Assembly (NCBI RefSeq): GCF_009914755.1
Contig: NC_060926.1
Source of the DNA: the human T2T-CHM13v2.0 reference genome, Homo sapiens
Length of the DNA stretch: 64,000 nt
Direction: 5' to 3' (one strand)
Made by a program: the position numbers and the translations under genes. Numbering within the stretch: position 1 is the stretch's first letter; every line of letters begins with the position of its first letter. Positions 14,231 through 27,478 of the stretch are shown piece after piece. The notes under the pieces are model-generated. The model ran no database searches. It saw only the letters and a program-made list of their open reading frames with translations, and was not told the origin of the DNA.

Positions 14231-16483
14231 TGATATGGTTTGGCTGTGTCCCGACCCAAATCTCATCTTGAATTGCTGCTCCCATAATTCCCACCTGTTG
14301 TGGGAGGGACCTGGTGGGAGGAAATTGAATCATGGGGGTGGGTTTTTCCTGTGCTGTTCTCACGATGCTGAATAAGTCTCACAAGATCTGATGGTTTTAT
14401 AAAGGGCTGTTCCCCTGCGCACACTCTCTTGCCTGTCGACCTAGTAAGATGTGCCTTTGCTCCTCCTTCACTTCCACCATGATTGTGTGACCTCCCCGTC
14501 CATGTGGAACTGTGAGTCAATTAACCTTTTTTCCTAAATTACTCAGTCTCAGGTATGTCTTTATTAGCAGTGTGAGAACAGATTAATACAGTAAATTGGT
14601 ACTGGTAGAGTGGGGTGCTGCTGTAAAGATACCCAAAAATGTGGAAGTGATTTTGGAACCAGATAACAGACAGAGCTTGAAGCAGTTTGGAGGGCTCAGA
14701 AGAAGACAGGAATATGTGGGAAAATTTGGAACTTCCTAGAGACTTGTTGAATGGTTTTGCCCAAAATGCTAATAGCAATATGGACAATAAGGTCCAGGCT
14801 GAGGTGGTCTCAGATGGAGAAGAGGAACTTGTTGGGAACTGGAGTAAAGGTCAGTTTTGCTGTGCTTTAGCAAAGAGACTGGAGGTATTTTGCCCCTGCC
14901 CTATAGATTTGTGGAACTTTGAACTTGAGAGAGATGATTTAGGGTATCTTGCAGAAAAAAAATTCTAAGGAACAAAGTGTTCAAGAGGAAGCAGACCATA
15001 ATTGGAAAATTTGCAGCCTGACAATGCAATAGAAAAGAAAATCTTATTTTCTGGGGAGAAATTCAAGCCTGCCACAGAAGTTTCCATACGTAACAAAGAG
15101 ACGAGTATTAATCACCAAGACAATGGGGAAAATGTCTCCAGGGAATGTCAGATATCTTTGTGGCAGCCCTCCCATCACAGATCTAGAGGACTAGGGGAAA
15201 AATGGTTTCATGGGCCAGGCCCAGGCCCCCCTGCTGTGTGCCACCTAGGGACTTGGTCCTCTATGTCTCAGCTGCTCTAGCCATGGCTATAAGGGACCAA
15301 GGTACAGCTCAGGCCATGACTTCATTGGGTACAAGCCCCAAGCCTTGGCAGTTTACACATGGTATTAATCCTGTGGGTTCACAGAAATCAAGAATTGAGG
15401 TTTTGGAACCTCTGCCTAGATTTCAGAGGATGTATGGAAATGCCTGGATGTCCAGGCAGAATTTTGCTGCAGGGGCGGGGCCCTCATGGAGAACCTCTGC
15501 TAGGGCAGTGCAGAAGGGAAATGTGGGGTTGAAGCCCCCACATAGAGTCCCTACTGGGGAACTAACTAGTGGAGCTGTGAGAAGAGGGCCACCATCCTCC
15601 AGACCCCAGAACGGTAGATTCACCAGCAGCTTTTACCACGCACCTAGAAAAGCTGCAGACAGTCAACACCAGCCAGTGAAAGCAGCCTGGAGGGAGGCTG
15701 TACCATGCAAAGCCACAGGGGCAGAGCTGCCTGAGGCCAAGAGAGCCCACCTCTTGCATCAGCATGACTGGGATGTGAGACATGAAGTCAAAGGAGATCA
15801 TTTCAGAGCTTTAAGATCTGGCTGTCCTGCTGGACTTCAGACTTGCATAGATCCTGTAGCTCCTTCATTTTGGCCACTTTCTCCCATTTGGAATGTGTCT
15901 ATTTACCCAATGCCTGTACCCTCATTATATCTAGGAAGTGACTTTTTTTTTATTTTACAGGCTCATAGGTGGAAGGGACTAGCCTTGTCTCAGATGATAC
16001 TTTGGATTGTGGACTTTTGAGTTAATGCTGAAATGAGTTAAGACTTTGGGGGACTGTTGGGAAGGCATGATTGGTTTTAAAATGTGAAGACATGAAATTT
16101 GGGAGGGGGCAGGGGCAGAATGATATAGTTTGGCTGTGTCCCCACCCAAATCTCATCTTGAATTGTAGCTCTCACAATTCCCATGTGTTGTGAGAGGGAC
16201 CCAGTGGGAAGTAATTGAATCATGAGGGAAGGTCTTTCCCATGTTTTTCTCATGATAGTGAATAAGTCTCACAAGGTCTGATGGTTTTATAAAGGGGAGT
16301 TCCCCTGCACATGCTCTTTTGCCTACCACCATGAAAGATGTGCCTTTGCTCCTCTTTCACTTCCACCATAATTGTGAGACCTCCCAAGCCATGTGGAACT
16401 GTGAGTCAATTAAATGGTTTTCCTTTATAAATTACCCAGTCTTGGGTATATCTTTATTAGCAGTGTGAGAACAGATTAATATA
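14231..16483 (+). mobile_element. Full-length THE1 (ERVL-MaLR): LTR 14231-14590, internal 14591-16120, LTR 16121-16483
   Basis: Two ~360-bp direct repeats starting TGATAT(G/A)GTTTGGCTGTGTCC; THE1-int sequence between them; purine tract before the 3' LTR; 5-bp TSD GTAGG/GCAGG. Confidence 0.93.
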
Positions 16484-16527
16484 GCAGGCCAGAGGGATCA
16501 GGCATCATTTAAGAGATGACATGGGAT

Positions 16528-17143
16528 TGTCACTGGTAGAGGGTCATGACTGAAACTTGTCCAGGTTCTTGGCATTTTTAACAAAGAATTGGACAAAATT
16601 CCCAACAAAGCAAAGAAAGAATGAAGCAACAAAAGAACAAAAGCAGGGATTTATTGAAAATGAAAGTATACTCCACAGTGTGGGAGCAGACCCTAGCAGT
16701 GGTTCAAGGGCCTGCATACAGAATCTTCTTGGGTCCAAACACCCCCTAGATGTTTCCCATTTGCCACTTCATGCTCACCACATGTAAGTGAAGTGGTGGC
16801 CTGCAATCAGTCCGACCAGTTGCAGAAAGCAGCCAACCAGAGGCTGAAGTGAAGTTACAAAGGTCACACTCCTCTGCAAACATCTGATTGGTTGCAAAAA
16901 GCAACCAGTCAGAGGCTAGGGTGAAGTTACAAAATTGCAAACCAAAACCCCACCCACCATCAGTCTGATTTGTGGTGGACAGTCAATTTCCCATCTGCCT
17001 CTCAGAAAAGGTCAAAGGGAGTAGCCTCTTGTCCTTTTGTTACTTAATTTGGAAAGCTAGGGATTTTCCTTTCAATTTAGTTCTAGGAAGTTAGCATGAA
17101 ATAGCCTCAGGTTCCTTGCCTCCAGACCTATTCTCCTGCCTCA
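16528..17143 (-). mobile_element. ERV1 solo LTR (MER51-like)
   Basis: Reverse complement begins TGAGGCAGGAGAATAGGTCTGGAGGCAAGGAACCTGAGG; perfect TSD GGAT (16524-16527 / 17144-17147); repeated CAATCAG/CTGATTGG boxes. Confidence 0.85.
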
Positions 17144-17541
17144 GGATGAGGAATTTGATCAGATATTGACAGTGATCAGATATTGAGGTGGGGAATTCTT
17201 GCTTAAATGACTTAGTAGACTTCTCACTAAAATTGAGCTGTGTAGGCAAGAAGTGAAGGCCCAACAATGAGGGTTAAATGAGGCACAGAGGAGCTGACTA
17301 AAGTTTGGTGAAGGAGAGAATCTTTGTCACCTTCTTCTTTCTCAATCAAGTTCATCACTGCCAACAAAGTCATAGGGAGTTTTCTCCCCAACTCCAGCCC
17401 CCAAAAGGAATATGTATTCTGGCAACAAAGCTGCTGATTTTTGCAACCATCACAACAATGGTCAAACTACCACTTTTGCTAACAAAGCTATGGACAAGGG
17501 GGTAGGGAAGCAGCCCCAGGCAACAAGGCCACAGACTCTTA

Positions 17542-17881
<340 letters not shown>

Positions 17882-18538
17882 GAATGAGTCTTTACTCGTT
17901 GTCCATCTTTGTTTGACTTTTAGTACCCTAAGGGTGTTATTTCAGACAATCCTGTGCAGTATTATATGCATTCTTACAGACAAGGATTGCTGACCTCTTC
18001 ACGCTGCCATGATTGGAAGACCCTCTAAAGGCTCTTGGTCAGAGTCTTTTACATATCAAAGCATGTTGTGAATAACCAAGTGGGCAACACAGAATTCAGT
18101 GTTTTGAAACCGCTGTGGCAGTGGAACTTTGCCCCTAGTTTTTTTTTTTCCAGGAGCATCTGATTTATTTCTCAAAGTTTAATGCAGAAGACTTACACAG
18201 AGAGGTTAGTAAGACGCAGATTCCTGGGCTCCCACTCCAGAGGTACAGGTTGTATAGATCTGGGGTGCATACATATGACTTTAGACAGTTGTCTGAAGAC
18301 CACACCTTGCCCTTTGTTCCATAGAGTGCATCCGTTCATAAGCTCCCACACCTCTCAATAAAAAGGCATTTACTTCTTTTCACTTGGTGTTTAAAAAGAC
18401 TGATAGAGAAAAGACGATGCTATATGTTCACCAAGTCTGTTTTATATTTTTTCTTGATGGTAACATGTAAAACTACACTTACCAGTCCTTTGTAGCTGGC
18501 TGGGACCACATGACTACATCTGGCCAAATATATGTGAA

Positions 18539-18865
18539 TGAGATAGCCAAGTGTAAAGACGTTCCCGGAATAACTCAAACCAGCCTGCACACTGGTAATG
18601 TGCACTGAGGTGGAGCCACAGAAGTTCTGCCATTTGCAGTGGGGAGGAGCCTGGCCCCTCCTCTTCCTGGGTGGAACCTGGAATTCAATCTGCCAGGCAG
18701 GAAGCATGTACTAGCAGGACTCTCGCTCAGCTGAGAGTTCCTGTTTCCCTTTTTTCCCAATAAATCCCATTTTTCTCACCCTTCAAATTGTCCACGAGCC
18801 TAATTTTTCATGGTCATGTGACAAGGACCCCATCTTTAGCTGAACTAAGGAAAAGTCCTACAACA
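18539..18865 (+). mobile_element. Short ERV1 solo LTR (MER61-like), probably inside an old MaLR fragment
   Basis: TGAGATAGCCAAG...GTCCTACAACA termini and AATAAA near 18759; TSD not clean. Confidence 0.6.
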
Positions 18866-21156
18866 TAAGCAGGAGGAATAAGTGGATCACTTTCCAGCCA
18901 TGGCAGTGGGGAGCCCGTGTGCAGTTCTTCAATCTCTTGCCTTCCCTTTGGTGTGAAGGGTGGTGGCCTCGTCATATAAAGATGGCAGAGCTCTGGCTTT
19001 GACAAAAGTCTGTATTCTGAAGACTCACATAGTCAACAGCTGCCTGTGGAGGATAAAGGGCTTTGGGGGAGCAAGAAATAAGCTTTTAGTGCTAAGCCAT
19101 TGAGATTTGGAGTTTTGTGTTACCACATCATAAATCTAGCCTATTTTGAGTTAGGGGTAATAGAAAGGGCAACAGTGAAATTACCTTCTGAAGTAGCTCA
19201 AAGGATTGAGGAAAGAAAATATAATTAACAGGAAACCTACAGTCTCAAAAATGAAAGCTTGGCATAAGCCAGCGTCATTTGATCCCACTCTTTCCATGGT
19301 GAGGTAATAGTCGCAATCCACAGGCCTTTCCTGCAGTTGTTAAGGTCTGACCTTTTAAGTGGAAAACAATACCTTAGGCCTAATCTAAAGGACAGATGCA
19401 AAAAAAAAAAATGTCAATTAACTCAGCCCATCTATCCAGAACTTGCATTTGTAAATGGTTTTATTTTCAAGATGAAGATATAAACAAGAGTCTTTCCATT
19501 TTAATCTTCTGTTAACCAGCATATTTTGTTAATTATAATCTATAGCCTACCCCTTGGGTCTTTCATTATTTGAGGTTTTACCTTATATGCAATGATTTTA
19601 ACAATAAATAAACACCAAGGAGGGAGAAAATAGGTGGTGTACTTCATAATACAAAAATAAATAAACAAAATTAGTAAAATTGCTTTCAGCAGGGAAACAC
19701 TTTAAGCTCTCTTTCTGTCTAGGAAAGACAACAGTTCAATTAAATATAGCTGGCTGTATTTTATGTTTAAACAGTGAATGTGAGTCAAAGATTCACAACT
19801 TCCTCAAGCTTGCTTCACACTGCTTGCCCGTCCTCCACCCGCATCTAACACCAGTCTGTCCTTGGCCCACCCAGCAGGAAAGAAGTGTGATGTGTGTGTG
19901 TTCTATCGTGAAATTAATCAGCAGACAGTATGTCGGGGTTAGGTTGGAGAAAATTAAAGGCACACTTGCAGCTCATAGAAAATACTGTGAACCCATTTGG
20001 TGAAAGTAACAGACATGCTATGAAAGTCAAATGGCCAACCTTTCTTCCCTTCTACTTTATTAACTTTGACATTTGCATGAAAATTGAATCCTGGTTTCCT
20101 GGGGGCTCATCTGCTCCTGCAGCTTCCCCTTACCTGAAGGCTTAATCTTCTGTTGGTGACATGATAATCAGTTCTCCAGCAAGCAATTATGATGTCACAA
20201 AGAGGTAATTATCACTTCAGGTGAGAAAATAAACAGCCCACACAGATGATGACTTGAAATCATTATGATTATCTTAATGTAATTTTTCTTTTGAAAGATT
20301 TCATATGAGAAAATGACTATAAGCCTAGATAAAGAACCCATAAGGCAATGGTAGAAGTGTTCATTCTAGACCTTAAGTCAAATATTTGTACATGTTCCCC
20401 AAATCCTTACTGAACATTTCTGGGATGGCTTCTCCCTCCTCCAATGTCCCCTGCAAAGTGTGGCATACTGGCTCCCATGGAGACCCATCTGTTGGTCCTC
20501 AATGCTTTTCCTCTTTCAAAGCAAAATGAACAAAATTTGATCTAACTGAAATAATATCATGGAATAGTACCATTAATTAGAAGAAAAAAGATTTCATTGC
20601 ACAAAAATTGGAGAATGTATATAAAAAGAAATAAAAATAGTTTATAATCCTACCACCCAGAGGAAACCATAGTATTTTAGTTCCAGTCATTTCTTGCTTC
20701 AGTGTGTTGGTGTGTACATTGTGAAATATTACCACAATGAATGTGCATCATCTCACATAGTTACTTTTGTGTATGTGGTGAGAATGTCAGCGGCGTTTGA
20801 ACCAGAGCAACTCTACCTTGAGTAGGGGCTGGATAAAATAAGGCTGAGACCTACTGGGTTGCATTCCCAGGAGGTTAGGTGTTCTCAGTCACAGGATGAG
20901 ACAGGAGGTTGGCACAAGATACAGATCACAAAGACCTTGCTGATAGAACAGCAAGCAGTAAAGAAGCTGGCCAAAAACCACCAAAACCAAGATGGCCATG
21001 AGAGTGACCTCTGGCTGTCCTCACTGCTCATTATACTTTAATTATAATTTATTAGCATATTAAAAGACACTCCCACCAGTGCCATGACAGTTTACAAATG
21101 TCATGGCATTGTCCAGAAATTACCCTATATGGTCTAAAAAGGGGAGGAACTCTCAG

Positions 21157-21186
21157 TTCTGGGAATTGCCCACTTCTTTCCCAGAA
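21157..21186. promoter_or_regulatory. Tandem GAS (STAT) motifs in MER41
   Basis: TTCTGGGAA (21157-21165) and TTCCCAGAA (21178-21186), both matching TTC-N3-GAA. Confidence 0.65.
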
Positions 21187-21294
21187 AACTCATGAATAAT
21201 CCAACCCTTGTTTGGTATGTAATCAAGAAATAACTGTAAGTATACTCAGGTGAGCAGCCCATGCTGCTGCTCTGCCTATGGAGTAGCCATTCTT

Positions 21295-21590
21295 CTTCTT
21301 TTTTTTTTTTTTTTTCTGAGACAGAGCATTGCTCTGTCACCCAGGCTGGAGTGCAGTGGTGTGATCTCGGCTCACTGCAGTCTCTGCCTCTCGAGTTGAA
21401 GTGATTCTCCTGCCTCAGCCTCCTGAGTAGCTGGGATTACAGGCACCTGCACCACACCTGGCTAATTTTTGTATTTTTAGTAGAGATGGAGTTTTGCCAT
21501 ATTGGCCAGACTGGTCTCAAACTCCTGGCCTTATGTGATCCACCCACCTCAGGCTTCCAAAGTGCTGGGCATGGACCACTGTGCCTGGCC
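21295..21590 (-). mobile_element. Alu inserted in MER41
   Basis: Reverse Alu; TSD GAGTAGC(CA/TT)TTCTT. Confidence 0.93.
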
Positions 21591-22053
21591 AGAGTAGCTT
21601 TTCTTTTATTCCTTTACTTTCTTAATAAACTTGCTGTCACTTTTTGGACTCGTCCTGAATTCTTTCAAGTGTGAGACCCAAGAACCCTCTCTTGGGGTCT
21701 AGATGTGGACCCCTTTCTGGCAACAAGAATACTTGAGATCTATTCTCTTAGCATATTTCTGGTATTCAATATATGATTGTTAACTATGGTCACCATGCTG
21801 TACATTAGGTCTCTAAAATCATTCATAACTGCAAGTTTGTACCCTGTGACCAATATCTCCCCATTTCCCCTCACCCCCTGGCTCCTGGTAACACCCTTCT
21901 ACTCTCTGCTTCTGTGCTTTCAACTTTCATACATTCTACATATAAGTGAGATCATGCAGTGTTTTTCTTCCTGTGCCTGGCTTGTTTCACTTGGCATGAG
22001 GTCCTGCAGTTTCATCCATGTTGCAACAAATGGCAAGATCTCCTTAGTATTCC

Positions 22054-22055
<2 letters not shown>

Positions 22056-22128
<73 letters not shown>

Positions 22129-22146
22129 GGTGCATATATATATATG
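22056..22146. repeat. Compound (TG)n-(TA)n microsatellite
   Basis: Read directly from the sequence. Confidence 0.95.
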
Positions 22147-23103
22147 TGGTATGATTATATATCTAATCACAATTTCTTTACTCATACACCTGTCAATGGA
22201 CTCTTAGGTTGTTTCCGTTCTTGACCATTGTGAATAACACTGCAATGAACATGGAAGCACGGATTAGCGAGGCCATTTTCAGTCGCTAAAGAGACAATGT
22301 TTGATTCTGGCCAATCAGAGTGTTAAATGCACTGGGTCATTTGGCTAATGACTAGGCAATTGGGTCAAGGCAGAGGTATCCAACAGTGACCAACTATCAA
22401 GTAGGACAGACTTAGAGTAAACAGAGCCACTTAGGCCAGGAGTGACTGTGCTGTAACTTCGACCATTGCAGTCCCAGGAGTAAGCTCTGCTCACTGAGTC
22501 CTCATGAGCACAGGTCCCTGTCCTCCATGAGTGATCTCTTTTCTAATACATGATCACAATTTTAATTGTTTTAATTGTTAACCTTGAAAAGGCTTCTGTA
22601 CTAGTCGACTTCCCTTTAGAGTATAAACGCCTTAAGAGTCTCCTCTGCAAAACTATCTACAGATTCTCAAAAGCTAGTGTAAAGAAGTAGAGAATCTTGC
22701 CTATAAGAAATTATCCTGTTGGCTCTTCCAGAGCTTTTTACCATCCAAAGCTGCTTGACACAGTTCAATTAGAGAAGAGGAAGTCTCAGTACCAACCACA
22801 GGACTATGAGACACAGAAGGAGGAGGAAAGAGAAGACCCACTAGGCCTGGTTTCTGAGAGAGCCAGTCATAGGACATTACAGTGAAAGACTTAGGGAGTG
22901 AGAAACCCTGGAGCAGCTTCAGGGGGCAGGAAAACTGCAGAAGAAAGGAAATTTATAAAATTGTTGTCGTGCAAAATAAGTTGGGTCATTTAAAATATTT
23001 TTTTTGAGGAGGCAAGGGAAGGCTGAAGTTACTTTTAATATATGCCAGGCCCAAAGTGTTTCTTTAACTCTAATGCTCAGATGAGACTGGGCCATGTGGG
23101 ACC

Positions 23104-23555
23104 TGTCAGGTCTCTGAGCCCAAGTTAAGCCATTGTATCCCCTGTGACATGCACATATACGTCCAGATGGCCTGAAGCAAATGAAGAATCACAAAACAAG
23201 TGAAAATGGCCTGCTCCTGCCTTAACTGATGACATTCCACCCCAAAAGAAGTGAAAATGGCTGGTCCCTGCCTTAACTGATAATATTACCTTGTGAAATT
23301 CCTTCTCCTGGCTCATCCTGGCTCAAAAGCTCCCCCACTGAGCACCTTGTAACCCCCAACCCTGCCCGCCAGGGAACAAACCCCTTTGACTGTAATTTTC
23401 CTCTACCTACCCAAATCTTATAAGATGGCCCCACCCCTATCTCCCTTTGCTGACTCTCTTTTCAGGCTCAGCCCACATGCACCCAGGTGAAATAAACAGC
23501 CTTGTTGCTCACACAAAGCCTGTTTGGTGGTCTTTTCACATGGATGCGTGTGACA
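23104..23555 (+). mobile_element. HERV-H solo LTR (LTR7 family)
   Basis: Starts TGTCAGGTCTCTGAGCCCAAG; repeated AAGTGAAAATGGC..CCTGCCTTAACTGAT blocks; TATAAG; AATAAA; ends GCGTGTGACA; perfect 5-bp TSD GGACC. Confidence 0.93.
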
Positions 23556-24290
23556 GGACCTTGGTTTATATCTAGGCTTCTCGAGTAGAGAAACAAATGA
23601 CAAATGGCTAAAATGGGTCACCACATACAAATCATGGTTTCATTATAGCATATTTCAAATGTTCTTATTTGCTCACAATTCTACTACTTCCACTAGACAC
23701 TAATCTTTTCCAAACAAGGCCTTTTTTGTTACTAATGAATCCCTCTTCCTTTCCCCATTGATCACCTGTATTAATTAGGAGAGTTTAGCTGGCCGGAATA
23801 AGGACTCCCCAAAATGCAGTGTGTTAAACAAGTTAGAAGTATATTTCTCTTTCACATATTTGTGAGGAGGTAAGCAGTCCAGGGCTGGTTGTGTGGCCCT
23901 GCCATGCTCAAAATAGAGTTCTCTCTGGGTCCAAGATAGTTAACTCAGCTCTTACCATCCCATACATACCTGAATCAGCAGGAAGGAGAAAAGGTTGTGT
24001 CCTCACTTTAAGGGAATCCACTTCTAGCATACGCTCCCTCACTCTGACTAGCTTGTCTCTATTTCACACATAAGGGTTTCATCCCTAACTTCTGTGTTGT
24101 CATTGTATCATAACTTGCTTTAAAGTCCCTAATGTAATTTACTGTATCATTGTCTCTTTTGGTCCCTGTCAGTACTTAGCACCAAGCTCAGTACCCACAG
24201 GCACAAAAAAGGTACTTGCTGACTGAGATATTGGGCTAGTTGCAGAATGTCTGCACCAACATAGAGTGCTTGGAAGAAACTGGTTGAATT

Positions 24291-24654
24291 ACAACTGATC
24301 CTGACTTAACAATGGTTCCACATTCCAATGGTGCAAGAGTGATATGGACTCAGTAGAAACCATACTTCATTTGGATTTTGAATTTTGATCTTGTCCTGGG
24401 CTAGTGATATGTGGCACAATACTCTTACATGAGATATTCAACACTTTACTATAAAACAGGCTTTGTGTTAGCTGAGTTTGCCCAGCTGTAGGCTAACGTA
24501 TGTGTTCTGAGCATGTTGAAGGTAGGCTAGGCTGAGCTCTGATGTTCAGTAGGATAGGTGTATGAAGTGCTTTTTCAACTTAATGATATTTTCCACTTAC
24601 AATAGGCTTATTGGGAAGGATGTAGACCTATCATCATCAGGTGAGGAACATCTG
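24291..24654 (-). mobile_element. Tigger3/MER7-like TcMar-Tigger MITE
   Basis: GGTAGGCTAGGCTGAGCTCTGATGTTCAGTAGG and GAGATATTCAACACTTTACTATAAAACAGGC; ends CATCTG followed by TA. Confidence 0.75.
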
Positions 24655-25114
24655 TACACTCAGATATTTATGTTCTGTGTTTTTCCGTCTCCTCTGAGGT
24701 GGTGTCTTTTTGGCTCAGTTGAAGATGTGGACCTTTGGATTTAAGGCATGCATTCTAGGGTGTAATCGTTTTAGCTCTGGGAACTATATCTGGTGGTCAG
24801 ACACTAAGAGACTAATCTAATTATGTTTCCAGATGTGAAGATATGTACCTGCCCATGTAATACTTGCCATAGGCATTAGCTACCTATTTTTCCAAATAGA
24901 TAAACTCTAGGGCAGACCTTTCCAAATTTAGGTTTTGTATTCTGGAGCTACAGGGAAATTACTTTTATATTTGCTTTATTCTTTAAAAGCAGAAAAGAAA
25001 TACCCCACTATGATTTTTCAGATCTCCGGCATAAGCCTGTTCTATATTTGGGGAGAGTTACTGTTGAGTATACGATATCTCTTTTCCAATAATCCATTTG
25101 AGATGATAATGTTG

Positions 25115-25278
25115 TTTTTTTTTTTTTTGGAGACAGAGTTTCACTCTTGTTGCCCAGGATGGAGTGCAGTGGTGCGATCTCGGCTCACTACAACCTCCAT
25201 CTCTCAGGTTCAAGCGATTCTTCTGCCTCCTGAGTTGCTGGGATTACAGGTGCACGTCACCACGCCCAGCTAATTTTT
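25115..25278 (-). mobile_element. Alu right arm (truncated)
   Basis: Reverse Alu right monomer with poly(T). Confidence 0.9.
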
Positions 25279-25399
25279 AATGTTCTTGAATTTAACCATA
25301 ATTATTCAACAGAGGACCATTGGAAGTAAAATTTGTCCTGCAGACCAGGTTCAATATGCCAGCTGAGGCCACATGTTGGGAAGACACTGTGAGGTGACA

Positions 25400-25570
25400 T
25401 CAGCATGGGCTTTGGAATAAAAAACAACTGGTTAGTAATTCTAGTTACACCTTCACCAGGAGAGGAACTTGGGAAAGCCACTTAACTCTTTGAGTCTCAG
25501 TTTCTCCCCTATAAAATTTTGACAGTAATATCTACCTTATTTTATGGATTAAATAAGATGAAGTGTGTGT
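25400..25570 (+). mobile_element. MIR fragment
   Basis: CTTGGGAAAGCCACTTAACTCTTTGAGTCTCAGTTTCTCCCCTATAAAAT matches the MIR core. Confidence 0.65.
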
Positions 25571-26666
25571 AACCAGAACACAATCATAAAATGACTTTGA
25601 GCTTTCCAATCACTGCCCTGAGTTATGTGACATCAAACCTCTTTCTCCAGCTGGGTCATGCCTCCATTCATAACACCTTAGGCAGATTCTATAACTTGAG
25701 GGTCACTTCCTGTTACAAAAATTTAGTTAACTTCAAGGTAGCACCTCGATCTCATATCTGATTCAAAACTCTCCTCCCCTATCACAGGTCTGACCCATGT
25801 CTCCAGAACTCAGGGCAAGGAGTGGGGAGTGGGCTTTGTTCTTCCACTTTCTGTTCTGGGGAGAGGTGGAAGCAGCCATGAGGTCGCTCTGGTGTAACCT
25901 GGGGCTGTCTCTGCTCCCTATGAGTGAGTGTGTGTTTTCCTTGGGGGCCATCTTTAGTGTCATCTCAGCCCCTTCAGGGTCCCCATAGGACTTCCTTTGA
26001 CACCTGACCACCTGCCCTGGCTCACCCACGAGCCTCTCTCCAGGCTGGGCATCTTGTTATTTAGCCACTACCTGTGGAGCCCACTTCCTGTGTCCCTGGA
26101 GTCACCACGTCCTTCCTCCCACCATCTGGCTCTGACACTCCTCCTGTCTGTGTCTCACTCCCTTTGAAGTTAACTTATCTTCCATAACCTGGGAAAGGGG
26201 AGATCTTTTGACCTATGACTCAAAATCTAGAAGCAATATAGAAAAATATTTATATATTTGATAATATACAATTTTTAAAAGAGAAAATCTGTATGACAAG
26301 AAACACCTCAAGCAAAGAAAAAAGACAAATGGCAAACTGGCAGTAAATATCAGCAACTCACACCTGAAAGGATCAATAGCTCTAATAAAGAAAAAACTTC
26401 TGAAAATAGAGAAGACCAACAATCCTATAGAAAAGTGGGGGGCCAGAGAGGAGAAATGCAAATAAAAACTATCCTGAGTTACCAAGTCTTACTATCAGAT
26501 TAATCAAATCACAAAGTTGAGTAGTACACAGTGAGGGTGGGCTTGGAGAAACAGGAGTTTGTGAAAGTGAAATGAGGTTTTGACAGTGGCTAATAAAATT
26601 CTCTATGCATTCCCCTTTTGTTTTTGCAATGTTCTTTCCAGGAACCTATTTAAATATTGACAAGAC

Positions 26667-27075
<409 letters not shown>

Positions 27076-27100
27076 TCAAAACAAAGTAGGAAGATCTCTA

Positions 27101-27478
<378 letters not shown>

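Larger units (their letters stand above)
13980..17329 (-). mobile_element. ERV1 solo LTR (MER31-like) split into three pieces (13980-14230, 16484-16527, 17144-17329) by two later insertions
   Basis: TG...CA termini with perfect TSD CCTT (13976-13979 / 17330-17333); the pieces join into one continuous LTR when the inserts are removed. Confidence 0.78.
20785..21725 (+). mobile_element. MER41 (MER41B-like) solo LTR containing an Alu
   Basis: Starts TGTCAGCGGCGTTTGAACCAGAGCAACTC, ends CCCTTTCTGGCAACA; perfect TSD AGAA; AATAAA near 21625. Confidence 0.9.
20720..22260 (-). mobile_element. L1MA-type 3' end, interrupted by MER41
   Basis: ATCTCACATAGTTAC...GTGGTGAGAA continues after the LTR as TACTTGAGATCTATTCTCTTAGC; also ATAAGTGAGATCATGCAG. 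Confidence 0.8.

Noticed and set aside
15202-16020. 272-aa ORF, the longest in the window, as a cellular gene
   Set aside because: Lies entirely within THE1 internal sequence; such frames are common in MaLR-int copies.
20128-20335. Possible minus-strand exon (CAG|GTAAGG donor near 20133, TTCTTTATCTAG acceptor near 20325)
   Set aside because: Only generic splice-like motifs, with no convincing reading frame or partner exons.
22488-22510. Near-palindrome TGCTCA-C-TGAG-TC-CTCA-TGAGCA
   Set aside because: Too short for a pre-miRNA or terminator call and plausible by chance in 64 kb.
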